From an uncultured Myxococcales bacterium (lineage in GTDB: Bacteria > Myxococcota_A > Polyangia > Polyangiales > Houyiibacteriaceae): a stretch of DNA of 55,519 bases. The stretch spans positions 1-55,519 of the forward strand of contig CALCTH010000562.1 in NCBI GenBank assembly GCA_937893795.1. Reading direction: 5' to 3'. Positions 1 to 12,819 of the stretch are shown here, in pieces. Made by a program: the position numbers and the translations under genes. Position 1 is the stretch's first letter, and each line of letters begins with the position of its first letter. Below the pieces are notes generated by a model. It was not told the origin of the DNA and searched no databases. It saw only the letters and a program-made list of their open reading frames with translations.

Positions 1-333
1 ATCAACCGCCCCCGGCCGCGACGACGCAGGCTCCGACCGCGCCGGCGCCGCCGCGCGGGAGCCAGGCGGCCTGCGGGTCGTGCCACGCAGCTCTACGCAC
101 GCCTGGAGCGGGCGCTGGCGAAGGCCGGCGCGGAGCGCCCGCCGGGCCGCACGCCGACGGAGCACGTCGCGCACCTCGAAGCGACGAGGCCCCCGGCCGC
201 GGCCCCGGCCGGCGAGGTCACGCGGGCCTACCTGGCGGCCCGCTTCGGCGACGCTCCCCTCGGCGACGAAGCCGCCCTCCTCGCCAAGATCCGCGAAGTC
301 CGTACGGCCCGCCCCCCCGAAGCCGCCGAGTAG
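1..333 (+). CDS. 3' end of a DUF4129-domain protein (likely transglutaminase TgpA-like), partial at window edge
   Basis: Frame 1 is open from base 1 to TAG at 331-333. It reads ATQLYARLERALAKAGAERPPGRTPTEH...YLAARFG, matching the DUF4129 pattern (Y..L...L...G..R..G.TP.E...Y..ARFG). Not in the ORF track because it lacks a start. Confidence 0.65.
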   Translation: MNRPRPRRRRLRPRRRRRAGARRPAGRATQLYARLERALAKAGAERPPGRTPTEHVAHLEATRPPAAAPAGEVTRAYLAARFGDAPLGDEAALLAKIREVRTARPPEAAE

Positions 334-425
334 CCCCGCCCCGGGCGGACGCGACCCGAGAAACCAACGGCCCCCAGAGCCCGGTCCCTATCGAGCCCCG
401 CATGCACGAGGCCTGGCCGCCACGC

Positions 426-1847
426 TCAGCGCGTGAGGTGCACCCAGGTACCGCGGGTCCGCCGCCGCGCGTGCCACTGGTCCGGCAGGTCCGGGCTCGT
501 GAACTCGAAGAGGAAGCGCGCGTCGTGCGGCGCGATGTTCACGCAGCCGTGGCTCCGGACCTCGCCGAAGCCGTCGTGCCAGTAGGCGCCGTGGAGCGCG
601 TAGCTCTGCCAGAAGTACTGGGTCCACGGGACCTGATCGACCTCGTAGGGACCGTCGACGGGGTCCTCGCCGGTCATCGTGGTCGAGAGGTACTTCTCGC
701 GGACCTGGAAGGTGCCCTTGACCGTCTCGTAGCCCTCGCGCCCGGAGCTCACGAGGGTCATCAGCACCGGCGCGTCGCCCTCGTAGGCGACGAGGGTCTG
801 CTCGGCGAGGTCCACGTGCAGCCAGCGTACGTCGGCCGGCACGCGCTCGGGCCGCGCGATGGTGCGTGCGACGCGCACGTGCTCGCGGAGCAGCGCGCGG
901 CCTTCGGCGTCGACCACGTAGCTCTGCCCGTCGATGTCCCGCTCGCCCACGACGACGAGGCGCGCGTGCTTCTCGGCGACGCCCACCTCGACCACGTTCG
1001 TGCCGTGCACGCGAAAGAGCGGTCGCTCGTCCGCGCCGTAGGCGAAGGCTCGCGGCGCCACGTCGCCGTCCGAGAGCGTCGCGCCCACGAGGCGCGGCGT
1101 CTCCTGCACGGTCACGTCCTCTTCCGCGAGCACGCGTCCCTTGAGCGTCCGGACCCAGCCCTCCTGCTCGGGCTTGGCCTCCGGGCGCGCGTCGAGGGCG
1201 ACGAAGTAGTCGCCGTTCAGCACCTCGTGCACGACCTCCGGGAGCGGCGTCGCCGTCGTGTCGGCCACGTGCGCGGCGAGCGCGGCCTTCTCCGCCTCAG
1301 TCGGAACGCGGTAGAAGCGCGCGGCGCCGCGCCGCACGAGCCCGTAGCGGTAGGGGAGGGGAGCGGCGTCATTGACGGCCTGGCGGTCGAGCTCGAGCTC
1401 GCCCTCCTCGCGCCCGACGTGGAAGCCGTCGCCGGTGCAGACGAAGCCGCCCGGGACGCCGTACCAGCTTCCGCCGCGGCAGCTCCCGCGCCGGGCCTCG
1501 GCGGGAAGGCGCCGACCTCGGCGCACCCAGCCGACGATCTCCGCGCCTTCGCGCGCCCGCTCGTAGACCGGCGCCTTGAAGTGGTAGGCCGTCGCGACGA
1601 AACCCTCTGGCGCGCTCCCCCGCTCGAGGGCGGCGACCTCGCTCGGAGGCGCCAGAGCCCGAAGCCGCTCGCGCCCGCTGGCGTCTTCCTCGGAAGGGGT
1701 CTCGCGCGGCGCCTCGGCGGCCACGCCCGGATCCTCCGGTACGGGCCCGGTCTCGGCCGCCCGCGAGCAGCCCGCCCCGCAAAACGCCAGGGTGCACGCG
1801 GTGGCGGCGGCGGCCAGGAGGGCAGCGGCAGCGGCGGCGCGCGGCAT
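426..1847 (-). CDS. L,D-transpeptidase family (YkuD) exported protein/lipoprotein
   Basis: C-terminal VDLAEQTLVAYEG...VSSG...ALHGAYWHDGFGEVRSHGCVN (HxxxxxxxxxxxxSHGC motif). Signal/lipobox follows ATG at 1847. Confidence 0.9.
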   Translation of the reverse strand: MPRAAAAAALLAAAATACTLAFCGAGCSRAAETGPVPEDPGVAAEAPRETPSEEDASGRERLRALAPPSEVAALERGSAPEGFVATAYHFKAPVYERAREGAEIVGWVRRGRRLPAEARRGSCRGGSWYGVPGGFVCTGDGFHVGREEGELELDRQAVNDAAPLPYRYGLVRRGAARFYRVPTEAEKAALAAHVADTTATPLPEVVHEVLNGDYFVALDARPEAKPEQEGWVRTLKGRVLAEEDVTVQETPRLVGATLSDGDVAPRAFAYGADERPLFRVHGTNVVEVGVAEKHARLVVVGERDIDGQSYVVDAEGRALLREHVRVARTIARPERVPADVRWLHVDLAEQTLVAYEGDAPVLMTLVSSGREGYETVKGTFQVREKYLSTTMTGEDPVDGPYEVDQVPWTQYFWQSYALHGAYWHDGFGEVRSHGCVNIAPHDARFLFEFTSPDLPDQWHARRRTRGTWVHLTR

Positions 1848-2078
1848 GGCGCCGAATATGGGACGAAAGCGTCGCAGCGTCGAAGAAGAGCGGGCCAGGG
1901 GCTTGGCGCCGTCGCGTGCTCGCTGCTCGACAAGCTCCTGGTTTCGGACGCGCGAGCGACCGAGTGACTGAAATCGTTGAGAAAAAGGTGGCCTTTGGTT
2001 TTGTTGGTTCCGTCCGTCCCCTCGGGGATGGGTCGATTGCTTGCGTGGGTGGGGGGGATCCCGAAGGATGGGGCCGTC

Positions 2079-3317
2079 ATGGGAGACGACGCAGAGCGTC
2101 ATGGCGCGCCCGAGGGCTCCGAGCGAGGCGCGCTTCGGCGCTCACCGCGGCCCCGCACGGCGGCCATTCACGGCGGCGAGCCTGGCGCCAGCGAGCGCAT
2201 CGATGGTGCCGTGGCGGCGCCCCTCGTCACCAGCAGCACCTTCGACCTCGGCGACCCCGAGACCTTCGACGACATCAAGTACATCCGCCTGAACAACACC
2301 CCGAACCAGCGCTGGGTCTGCGAGAAGCTCGCAGCGCTCGACGGCGCGGATGCGGCGGTGGTGCTGCCCTCGGGCACGGCGGCCATCTGGATGGCGCTCG
2401 TCACGAGCCTCGACGCCGGCGACGAAATCCTCGCGCCCTTCCGCGTCTACGGCGGCACGCGCAAGATCCTCGACGAGCTCGCCCGGAGCCACGGGGTCAC
2501 GGTCACCTATGTCGACCTGCTCGACCCGACAACCTGGAAGGCGAGCGAGAAGACCCGCGTCTTCTACGCCGAATCGCTCACCAACCCGTGGATCGACGTG
2601 CCGCCGCTCGACGAGGTGGTCGCCTTCGCGCGGCAGCGTGGGCTGGTCAGCATCGTCGACAACACTTTCGGCACCCCCATCGCCTACCGGCCCGTCGAGG
2701 CAGGCTTCGACCTGGTGGTGCACAGCGCGTCAAAGTACCTCAACGGCCACACCGACGTGGTCGCGGGCGCCATCGCCGGCGAGGCGGAGCGCATCGAGCG
2801 TATCCGCAAGCGCATGAACCTGATGGGGATCTGCCTCGACCCCCATGCGTGCCACCTGCTTCACCGCGGCCTCAAGACGCTCAGCGTGCGCGTGGAGGCC
2901 CAGTTCGCGTCGGCGCGCACGCTCGCCGCGATGCTCGCGGCGCATCCCGACGTCGAAAGCGTCCGCCACCCGAGCCTCGCGAGCGACCCGGCCCACGCCA
3001 ACGCGAGCCGGCTCTTCGAGGGCTACGGCGCCATGCTCAGCTTCACGCCGAAGGGCGACCCGGAGCGCGCCCGCGCCCTCGTCGAGGCCCTCGAGCTCGC
3101 CGTCGAAGCCCCGAGCCTCGGCGGCCTCGAGACGCTCGTGACGCGCCCCATCACGACCAGCCACGCCGGCCTCCCGGCGAGCGTGCAGGCGGCCATGGGC
3201 ATCGACCCGCGCATGATCCGCGTCAGCGTCGGCCTCGAAGACATCCGCGACCTCGTCGCCGACTTCGAGCGCGCGCTCACCGAGAGCGCCCGCCTGGCCG
3301 CCGCCGCCGCCGAGTGA
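2079..3317 (+). CDS. Trans-sulfuration PLP-dependent enzyme (cystathionine gamma-synthase/lyase or methionine gamma-lyase family)
   Basis: YIRLNNTP, VYGGT, IVDNTFGTP, HSASKYLNGHTDVVAG (PLP Lys), SLGGLETL, IRVSVGLED. Start taken at ATG 2079. Confidence 0.92.
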   Translation: MGDDAERHGAPEGSERGALRRSPRPRTAAIHGGEPGASERIDGAVAAPLVTSSTFDLGDPETFDDIKYIRLNNTPNQRWVCEKLAALDGADAAVVLPSGTAAIWMALVTSLDAGDEILAPFRVYGGTRKILDELARSHGVTVTYVDLLDPTTWKASEKTRVFYAESLTNPWIDVPPLDEVVAFARQRGLVSIVDNTFGTPIAYRPVEAGFDLVVHSASKYLNGHTDVVAGAIAGEAERIERIRKRMNLMGICLDPHACHLLHRGLKTLSVRVEAQFASARTLAAMLAAHPDVESVRHPSLASDPAHANASRLFEGYGAMLSFTPKGDPERARALVEALELAVEAPSLGGLETLVTRPITTSHAGLPASVQAAMGIDPRMIRVSVGLEDIRDLVADFERALTESARLAAAAAE

Positions 3318-3350
3318 AGCGCGGCCTCGGGCCGAGCAGACTGCCGCGCG

Positions 3351-5735
3351 TCAGCGCGCGATGACGGCCCAGTCGCCCGTCGCGCCGTCGAAAGCGAGCA
3401 GGCCGCGGCCTTCGATGGTGGTCATGAAGCCGACCCCATCGGTTCCCGGAGCGGTCAGCTCGCGCACGTCCCCGGGCATGGTGCGTTCGTAGCGGGGCGC
3501 CCCCGTCTCCGGATCGAGGGCCCAGAGCGTTCGCTCGTAGGCCACGAACACGACGCCGCCGGACACGGCGATGTCCGCGGCCTCGACGAAGTCGCCGGCC
3601 AGCTTGCCTGGAAAGTCGCGCAACTCGCGCAGCGAGCCCGAGCCATCGAGGGCCACGGCGACCAGCCGAAGCACCTCGCCGCCAAGGCGGCTGGCGCGCT
3701 GCAGAAGGAGCGCTTCCTCCCGTGCCGGCGCCACGGCGACGGCCCGGGTCTGGGCTGCGGTCACCGGACCCTCGGAGGGCGCCGCGCGGGCGAGCACCCG
3801 GACCGCGGGGAGGTCGAGCAGATCGCGCGCCAGCACGTCGCCGAACACGTCGTCGACGTACACCAGCGCGTCGCCGCCGACGTCGAGCGCGGGCAGGTGG
3901 TTGGGGTTCCCGGTCCCGTCGGAGACGATGCGCGTGACCTCGCCGGACGCGAGGTCGATGCGATCGATGGCACCCATGTCGTCCATGACGAAGAGGCGCG
4001 CACTCTCCGCGTCGAGGGCCGCGGATCGCCACGAGGATCCGCCGGCGAAGCCCATCGGCCGGCGCTCGCCACCCTCGACGCCGAGCGACACGTCGAACGC
4101 GCCGTTGGCGTCGGCGAGCAGCACGCGGTCTTCCAGGCGAACGACGCCCCAGGGCCCGGAGAGCCTCGGCCCGGACCCGACGGCCCCGAGGTCGAGCTCT
4201 CCTCCGCGCACCGTGACGGGGTCGAAGGTGCGAAGCGGAAGGTCGCGCACGTCACGGCCGACTTCCGCGATGCCGACCATGACCCCGTTCGCGGGGTCGA
4301 CCACGAAGCCGCGCAGGGACGGCATGGTGCCAAGCGGCGACGCGACGCCAGCTTCGACGTCCAGCTCATAGGCGCGGTAGCGGATGTCGCGTCCCACGAC
4401 TCGCTCCGCGAACCCATCCCACGCCAGCTCTAGCATCGGGCTTTCGGCCTCGATCTCCATCACCGTCGCCGCGGCCTCGCCGGGCACGAGCGTCTCGTAC
4501 TCCGGCAGCGCGGACTTCGGGCACAGAAGCACGATGTCGCGCGTCGGGTCGTAGGCGGCGTCGCACGTCCGGACCACGCGGGCGACCTCCACGCCGCGGC
4601 GGGCTCCCGTGTCGCGGTCGATGAAGGAGACGCCGTCGGGCGTCGCGTAGACGATGAGCTCCCCCTCCCGAAGGGCGAGGAAGACCGGGTCGGGAGCGAA
4701 GCGTTCCCCGTAGCTCGAGAGAAGCTCGGCGCCGCGCCCTTCGTCCCGGAAGACCGCGGTCTCGAGGGTTGGCGTTCGCCCGCTGACGTAGAGGCCTCCC
4801 GCGTCGGCCGCGACGCCGTTGAGCGTGCGGAGCGCGAAGCCGAGATCGGCGCGAAGCAAGGCCAGGCCCGCCTCACGATCCACCTCGAGGACGCGGTAGC
4901 GAAAGCGCTCGCTCGCTCGGTCGAGCTGCTGGTCCGCGAGGAGAAGTCGACCGCGCCCGGAATCCACGCCGAGCGCCACCAGCTTCGTCGGGAGCGAGGC
5001 GCGGGTCAGCACGAACGTGTCCTCGACCTCGTCCCGCACGGCCACCTGGACGACCTGTCGGCCCTCCTGCAGGGCGACACGACCCTCCCAGGCATCGGTC
5101 GCGGCGTCATAGGTGGCCTCGACCTCCCCGTCGGGCGCGATGAAGCGAACCGCGTCGCCCGAGGCTGCGTCGACGCGCGCGCGAAGCGTCAGAGCGGACA
5201 GCTCGGTGAGGGCGGGTGCCGGCGGGAAGAGCGGCTCCGCGAGGCGCGAAGGCACGACGACCACGTCCGGTTCGTAACGATACGCCAACGGCGCGCTACA
5301 GCCGGAGCGCGGGCGACCGGGAAGCAGCGCGTCGGCACTGAAGAGCGTCTCGCCCGCGTCCACCTCGACGGGCACGCCAAACGCTCCGGCGACCCGCCTC
5401 ACGTCCCGAGGCTCGCCTTCGCACGCGCCATTCGAGAAGAGGCGAAGCTCCGCACTCGGAGCTGCGGTGCCGATGACCACGGGGCTGGGCGTGTTGCCGG
5501 GGGATCCGGGGACGGTCTCCGTCAGCGTCGGCGTCGGCGTCTCGAAGGGGCCCGCGTCGACCGGGCCCGCGTCGGCCGGGGCGGCATCCCCCATGTCCTC
5601 ATCTCGCGGCGGCCCGTCCCCGCGGCTCCGGAAGCAGCCCGACGCGAGGAGCACACACGCGGCGACGAGGCTCCAGCGCGGCGAACCTCGGCGCTCGCGG
5701 GGTGGTGAGCTCGGCTGCGCTGGCGAGTGGACCAT
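3351..5735 (-). CDS. Large lipoprotein: Ig-like domains plus probable beta-propeller
   Basis: Lipobox LASGC, DAG linker, myxobacterial Ig-like segment (PTLTETVPGSPGNTPSPVVIGTA...SGCSAPLAY) and repeated propeller-like strands. The ORF-track extension to 6380 overlaps a real + strand gene. Confidence 0.7.
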   Translation of the reverse strand: MVHSPAQPSSPPRERRGSPRWSLVAACVLLASGCFRSRGDGPPRDEDMGDAAPADAGPVDAGPFETPTPTLTETVPGSPGNTPSPVVIGTAAPSAELRLFSNGACEGEPRDVRRVAGAFGVPVEVDAGETLFSADALLPGRPRSGCSAPLAYRYEPDVVVVPSRLAEPLFPPAPALTELSALTLRARVDAASGDAVRFIAPDGEVEATYDAATDAWEGRVALQEGRQVVQVAVRDEVEDTFVLTRASLPTKLVALGVDSGRGRLLLADQQLDRASERFRYRVLEVDREAGLALLRADLGFALRTLNGVAADAGGLYVSGRTPTLETAVFRDEGRGAELLSSYGERFAPDPVFLALREGELIVYATPDGVSFIDRDTGARRGVEVARVVRTCDAAYDPTRDIVLLCPKSALPEYETLVPGEAAATVMEIEAESPMLELAWDGFAERVVGRDIRYRAYELDVEAGVASPLGTMPSLRGFVVDPANGVMVGIAEVGRDVRDLPLRTFDPVTVRGGELDLGAVGSGPRLSGPWGVVRLEDRVLLADANGAFDVSLGVEGGERRPMGFAGGSSWRSAALDAESARLFVMDDMGAIDRIDLASGEVTRIVSDGTGNPNHLPALDVGGDALVYVDDVFGDVLARDLLDLPAVRVLARAAPSEGPVTAAQTRAVAVAPAREEALLLQRASRLGGEVLRLVAVALDGSGSLRELRDFPGKLAGDFVEAADIAVSGGVVFVAYERTLWALDPETGAPRYERTMPGDVRELTAPGTDGVGFMTTIEGRGLLAFDGATGDWAVIAR

Positions 5736-5867
5736 GGCGAAGCATACCAAACGGTACGACGGGGGCTCGACGTGCGGCTCGACTCGCGGCCGAGGTACAC
5801 GTCCCCTACCGCGCACGCCCCTAGCTGCGGTCTCGCGGTGCCCAGCCGCCGGTTCCAAGATGAGCGC

Positions 5868-6353
5868 GTGAGCGCCGACGACGAGCACGCCTTCGAGGCC
5901 GCCATCTCCTTCGATGAAGGGCAGGAGAAGGGCTACATGAAGCACTTCGTGCCGGTCCCGCCCGGCGTTGCCGAGGCGCTGGGAAGCGCCGGCGTCGAGC
6001 GCATCGAGGGTCAGCTCGGGGCGATCCCCTTCCGTCGAAAGCTCATGCGCGCGACCGACGGGACGCCCTGCGTGAAGCTCGGCGAGGGCTGGCTCCGCGA
6101 CGCGGGTCTCGAGGTCGGGGACGTCGTCCGCGTCATCCTCTGGCCCGACCCGGACCCGGACCGCGTCGACGTTCCCGATGCGCTCGCCGAGGCCCTCGCG
6201 CGGGAGCCGGACGTCGCCGCGCACTGGGAGACGCTCACGCCGGGCAAACGCCGCACCCTCGCGTACGCGATCACCCGCGCCAAGCGGCGTTCCACGCAGG
6301 AAAAGCGCGCCGAAGCGCTCGTCGACGAGCTCCGCGACGCGATGCGCCGCTGA
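5868..6353 (+). CDS. DUF1905 / YdeI-OmpD-associated family protein
   Basis: AGLEVGDVVRV..PDPDPDRVDVPDALAEAL...WETLTPGKRR...ITRAKRRSTQEKR is the typical OmdA/YdeI C-terminus. GTG start at 5868. Confidence 0.85.
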   Translation: MSADDEHAFEAAISFDEGQEKGYMKHFVPVPPGVAEALGSAGVERIEGQLGAIPFRRKLMRATDGTPCVKLGEGWLRDAGLEVGDVVRVILWPDPDPDRVDVPDALAEALAREPDVAAHWETLTPGKRRTLAYAITRAKRRSTQEKRAEALVDELRDAMRR

Positions 6354-6394
6354 CGCTCTCGACGACTCGCGTTCACCCACCTAAAACGTTCGGT

Positions 6395-8023
6395 ATGCCC
6401 GCCGTGCGCAGCCTTTGCCTCCTCCTCGTGCTCTTGGCATGCAACGCGAGCACGGCGCTTCGTGTGGTCCCGGCCGACGGCGGAGCGGACGACCGCGACG
6501 CGCGCCCGCCCGATGCTCCGCCGGCGGAGGACCTGGACCCACTGGCCGCTGGCGAGCCGCATCGCGTGTTTCCCGGCGCCCGGCTCGGACCCATCGTGTG
6601 GACGCCCGAGGATGGAACGGCGTCTCGTGAGCGTGGCGTCACGGAGGACTCGTTCTTCAGCGTCTCGGGCTTCGACGACGACCGCTTCGACCTCGCTGGA
6701 GCCTACGTCGACGAATTCTACGAGGGTCGCCGCTGCGACGTTCGTGCCTTCGAGAGGGGCGAGCTGCCCCGCTGCGTGCCTCCGACGCGTGCCACTCGTT
6801 TCGCTTTCGAAGACCGAGCCTGCCAGGCCCGCCTATCGGTGGCCGCTCCTTGCGACGACGAGCTTGCGTTGGTCCTCGCGCCCCCCTTCGGCCCCCTTCG
6901 GCTCTTGGCGCGCGAAGGCCCCGTCGCCGTGGACGCGGTCTTCGCTCCAGCTGGAGGGTGCACCGAGGTCAGCCGTGAGGCCGTCGGCTGGGCGCCCGAC
7001 GCGGAGGTCTTTCGCTGGGCTCCCGTCCCCAGCGCCGAGCTCGTACGGCTCGCCAGCGTCCAGCGCGAAGCCGACGCGCCCGGTGCCGTCGTCGTCGAAC
7101 GGCGCTTCACCGACGGCACCGTAGAGCAGGCGCGGGAGCCCGAGAGCCCATGCTGGGTACGGCTCACGAGCGAGGGCTATCGCTGTTTGCCGCAGCGCGC
7201 CTTCCCCGTCGGACGCGTGCGCGCTTTCGCCGACCCCGAATGCACCGAGGTCGCCTATGACGTGGCGGGAGACCCGGGCCTGATCTTCGCGATCGCGGAC
7301 GACGCCGGTGTGCCCGCGCTCTTCGAGCTGATCGAGCAGCGCGAAGGGAACCTCTACGAGCGCGACGCCGGCGGCTGCATGCCGGTTGCGACGAGGCGAG
7401 CGTTTCGCTTCGCGCTCGCTGCCTCCGCCGACCTGTCGGCCAACCCGCGCCTCACGCCTACACCGGTTGGGGAAGGGCGCCTTCGACCCGTCCGCTGGTT
7501 GGACGAGGGAGGGCGCGCCTGGAGCGCGCTCCCCGTCTCGCCGGACCTGACGTTGCGGGACCTCGGCAACGGGGCGTACGACGTCGCGTTTCGCTGGGGT
7601 GAGCGTTTCTTCGATACGGAGCTGGGGGTCGAGTGCACGCCCTGGGAGACGCCGACGGGTCCGCGCTGCCTCCCTTCGCTGCCCCTGTCGGAGGTCGGTG
7701 CATGGGTCAGCGGCAGTTTCCGCGATGCGTCGTGCTCGGAGCCCATCGTCTTCCGCGTGCTGCCGCCCGCCGGGTTGACCGACCGGCCGACGCGCTACGT
7801 GTACGAAGCGGAGGACGGTGCGCCCACGGTCCCGGGCAGCTGCGGTGCCCCGGCTCCCGTCACGGTCCGTCCTCTCGAGGGCGAGCTCACCACGGTGGCG
7901 GCGGTCTACTCGGAAGGCCCCTCTGGCTGCCTTCCGAGCGCCTTTCGCAACGTGACGGTACTCGCGAGCGCGATCGGCGAGCCGGTGCCCCTCGAGCGTT
8001 TCGCGGCGTTCCGGGAAGACTAG
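6395..8023 (+). CDS. Uncharacterised Cys-patterned lipoprotein with internal repeats (paralogue of 23138..24561)
   Basis: Lipobox LLACN. Repeated RC(L/V)P...F.D..C units. GEGRLRPVRWLDEGG and FFDTELGVECTPWETPTGPRCLP. Confidence 0.75.
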   Translation: MPAVRSLCLLLVLLACNASTALRVVPADGGADDRDARPPDAPPAEDLDPLAAGEPHRVFPGARLGPIVWTPEDGTASRERGVTEDSFFSVSGFDDDRFDLAGAYVDEFYEGRRCDVRAFERGELPRCVPPTRATRFAFEDRACQARLSVAAPCDDELALVLAPPFGPLRLLAREGPVAVDAVFAPAGGCTEVSREAVGWAPDAEVFRWAPVPSAELVRLASVQREADAPGAVVVERRFTDGTVEQAREPESPCWVRLTSEGYRCLPQRAFPVGRVRAFADPECTEVAYDVAGDPGLIFAIADDAGVPALFELIEQREGNLYERDAGGCMPVATRRAFRFALAASADLSANPRLTPTPVGEGRLRPVRWLDEGGRAWSALPVSPDLTLRDLGNGAYDVAFRWGERFFDTELGVECTPWETPTGPRCLPSLPLSEVGAWVSGSFRDASCSEPIVFRVLPPAGLTDRPTRYVYEAEDGAPTVPGSCGAPAPVTVRPLEGELTTVAAVYSEGPSGCLPSAFRNVTVLASAIGEPVPLERFAAFRED

Positions 8024-8697
8024 GCGTGCGCCACGAGCCAGCGGTGCAGGGCGCCCATCGGCTCGAAGCGACGTAGGCACCAGTCGAGGAAGCCGCGGCG
8101 GGCGATGGTCTTGGGCGCCGGGAGCGTCACGCTCGCGTGGAAGTGCTTCATGCGGAGGAAGCGTTCGAGCGGGTGGTCGGGATCGTAGCCCTTGGGCACG
8201 CGCTTCAGGACCGGCTCCGACGTCCCGAGGCCGGCGCTGCTGCGCTCGGCTTCGGCGAGCGCCGCCCGAAATGCGTCTCCGTGCCCCACGAGCCCCTCGC
8301 GCCAGCGCGACAGATCCGGGAGCATCATCGATCCGACGCCGAGGTTCACGCGCGCGGGGTGGAGCGCGAGATAGAAGCCCGAGCTCACCTTCTTGCTCGG
8401 GCCCTCCCACACGAAGAGCGCCTGCTGGGTCTTGTAGGGCGACTTGTCCTTCCCGAAGCGCGTGTCCCGGTGCAGGCGAAAGAGCGAGCCATCGACCTTG
8501 GGCTCGGCCACGACCCCCGGCGAGACGCGCGCCGAGAGCGCGTCGGCGAGCTCCACCACGAACCGCTTCGCCGGCTCGACGACGCCCGCGTCGTACACGG
8601 CCCGGTGCGCCTCGAAGAAGGCCTTCGAGTTGTCCTGCTCGAGTCCCGCCAGCACCGCGAGCCCCTCCGGCGAGAATCCCTGAAATCGTTCCGTCAT
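8020..8697 (-). CDS. DUF2461 (TIGR02453) family protein
   Basis: FQGFS...L..LEQDNSKAFFEAHR..Y and FRLHRDTRFGKDKSPYK, LKRVPKGYDPDHP. SD GAGGAGG precedes ATG 8697. Confidence 0.92.
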   Translation of the reverse strand: MTERFQGFSPEGLAVLAGLEQDNSKAFFEAHRAVYDAGVVEPAKRFVVELADALSARVSPGVVAEPKVDGSLFRLHRDTRFGKDKSPYKTQQALFVWEGPSKKVSSGFYLALHPARVNLGVGSMMLPDLSRWREGLVGHGDAFRAALAEAERSSAGLGTSEPVLKRVPKGYDPDHPLERFLRMKHFHASVTLPAPKTIARRGFLDWCLRRFEPMGALHRWLVAHA

Positions 8698-8870
8698 CAC
8701 GACCTCCTCGGAGTGACGACGGGCGGCCGAGGTCGACTTCGACACGTCTGGCGCAGATGCGCCGCACGCGTGAGGTACTCCTCCTCCGTCCGGCGCCCCG
8801 CACGCCGGCTCTTCCAGGCCGACCTCGACCACTCCCGGGAGCAGACCGTCGTCGAAGAGCGGCGCTCGCC

Positions 8871-9668
8871 CTAATCGGCCCGGCGGAAGCCGCCCGAGAA
8901 GCGCACCTCCACGGGCGCCTCGTGCAGCACGCTCATGAGCACCGTCGGGAAAGGCAGCGTGCGCAGCGGCGCCACGTAGGTACCTCCGCGAAAGCGCTTC
9001 CCGTGCTTGAGGATGAGCTCCTCGGGCGTGATCTCGACGAAGCGCACGTCTGCCCACGCCACCCGTTGCCGGCGCTTCCGCGTGGTCCAGGCCGCCGCCT
9101 CTGCGGAGATCGTGAGCGCGCCGAAGGTGAGCCCTTCGCCCTCGTCGAGCGCCTTCAGCGCTTCGAGGCGCACCGGCCGGACGACGTGCCGCTCGATGTG
9201 GCGGGCGAGCTCCGCGCCGTCCACGACGTCGTTCGGGATGCGCAGCCGGTCGCCGTCGGTGCCGACGAGGTCGAGTTCCCCGCCTGTGACCACCTTCGCG
9301 GACAGCACGCCGGCCGTGTCGAAGCGGCGAAAGAGGTCACGCACCCCCTCGAAGCGGACGACCACGTCGGGGCGCAGCCAGCGCCGTCCGCGGTACCCCG
9401 TCTCGTGCACGACCACCTCGCGCAGCCGCCCGAAGTGGAAGCCCACCACGACGACCAGCCCGAGGAGGACGGACTGCCCGAGACCGCGCACGCTCGCGCT
9501 GCCGCCGGCGCCGGCCACGAGCAAGCCGATGAGCACGCTCATGCCGAGCAGCACGAGCAAGAGAACCCACGCCTGCGTGCCGCGCACGCGATGCCGTGCG
9601 CGCACTTCCCCGAGCGGGGCCGGCGGCTCGGGCGGCACCGGCGCGGGGTCTCGGTAGGGCGCGCTCAC
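8871..9668 (-). CDS. Membrane protein with two N-terminal TM helices and PH-like/DUF6585-like C-terminal region
   Basis: Two hydrophobic helices, then VVVHETG.R and GEGLTFGALTISAE...VAWADV pattern. Confidence 0.65.
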   Translation of the reverse strand: MSAPYRDPAPVPPEPPAPLGEVRARHRVRGTQAWVLLLVLLGMSVLIGLLVAGAGGSASVRGLGQSVLLGLVVVVGFHFGRLREVVVHETGYRGRRWLRPDVVVRFEGVRDLFRRFDTAGVLSAKVVTGGELDLVGTDGDRLRIPNDVVDGAELARHIERHVVRPVRLEALKALDEGEGLTFGALTISAEAAAWTTRKRRQRVAWADVRFVEITPEELILKHGKRFRGGTYVAPLRTLPFPTVLMSVLHEAPVEVRFSGGFRRAD

Positions 9669-9923
9669 GTCGGCGCACCATACCGAGACCCGCGGGGCGC
9701 AGCACGGGCGAAGTCGACTCGGGCACGCCAGACCCTTCCCTCGCGGATCGGCACCGCGAGCCGGCGGTCGTCTCGGTGCTGGAAAGCGTGGGAGCGAGGG
9801 GACTCACCCTCGAAATGGGCGCCGGTGCGCGTAAGGTGTCTGCCGTCGAGTGACCGGGAAGCCGACGACACGATCGTGCGCATCACCTGATCGCTGCTCC
9901 GACGCGAGGCATGGGAGTCCAGG

Positions 9924-12767
<2,844 letters not shown>

Positions 12768-12819
12768 CCGGCTCGCTTACCATGGGAGGCTGCCACGCTG
12801 GGTCGCCCCGCGGGGCACC

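Noticed and set aside
402-1967. 521-aa + strand ORF
   Set aside because: Antisense shadow of the L,D-transpeptidase; long shadow ORFs are expected at this GC and it has no motifs.
1965-2010. AT-rich IHF-like/CRISPR-leader-like stretch
   Set aside because: Two mismatches to the IHF consensus and no array, tRNA or att site nearby; probably ordinary divergent promoter DNA.
5736-6380. N-terminal extension of the 1009-aa ORF
   Set aside because: Overlaps the YdeI/OmpD gene on the opposite strand; the lipobox and -10 box support the start at 5735.
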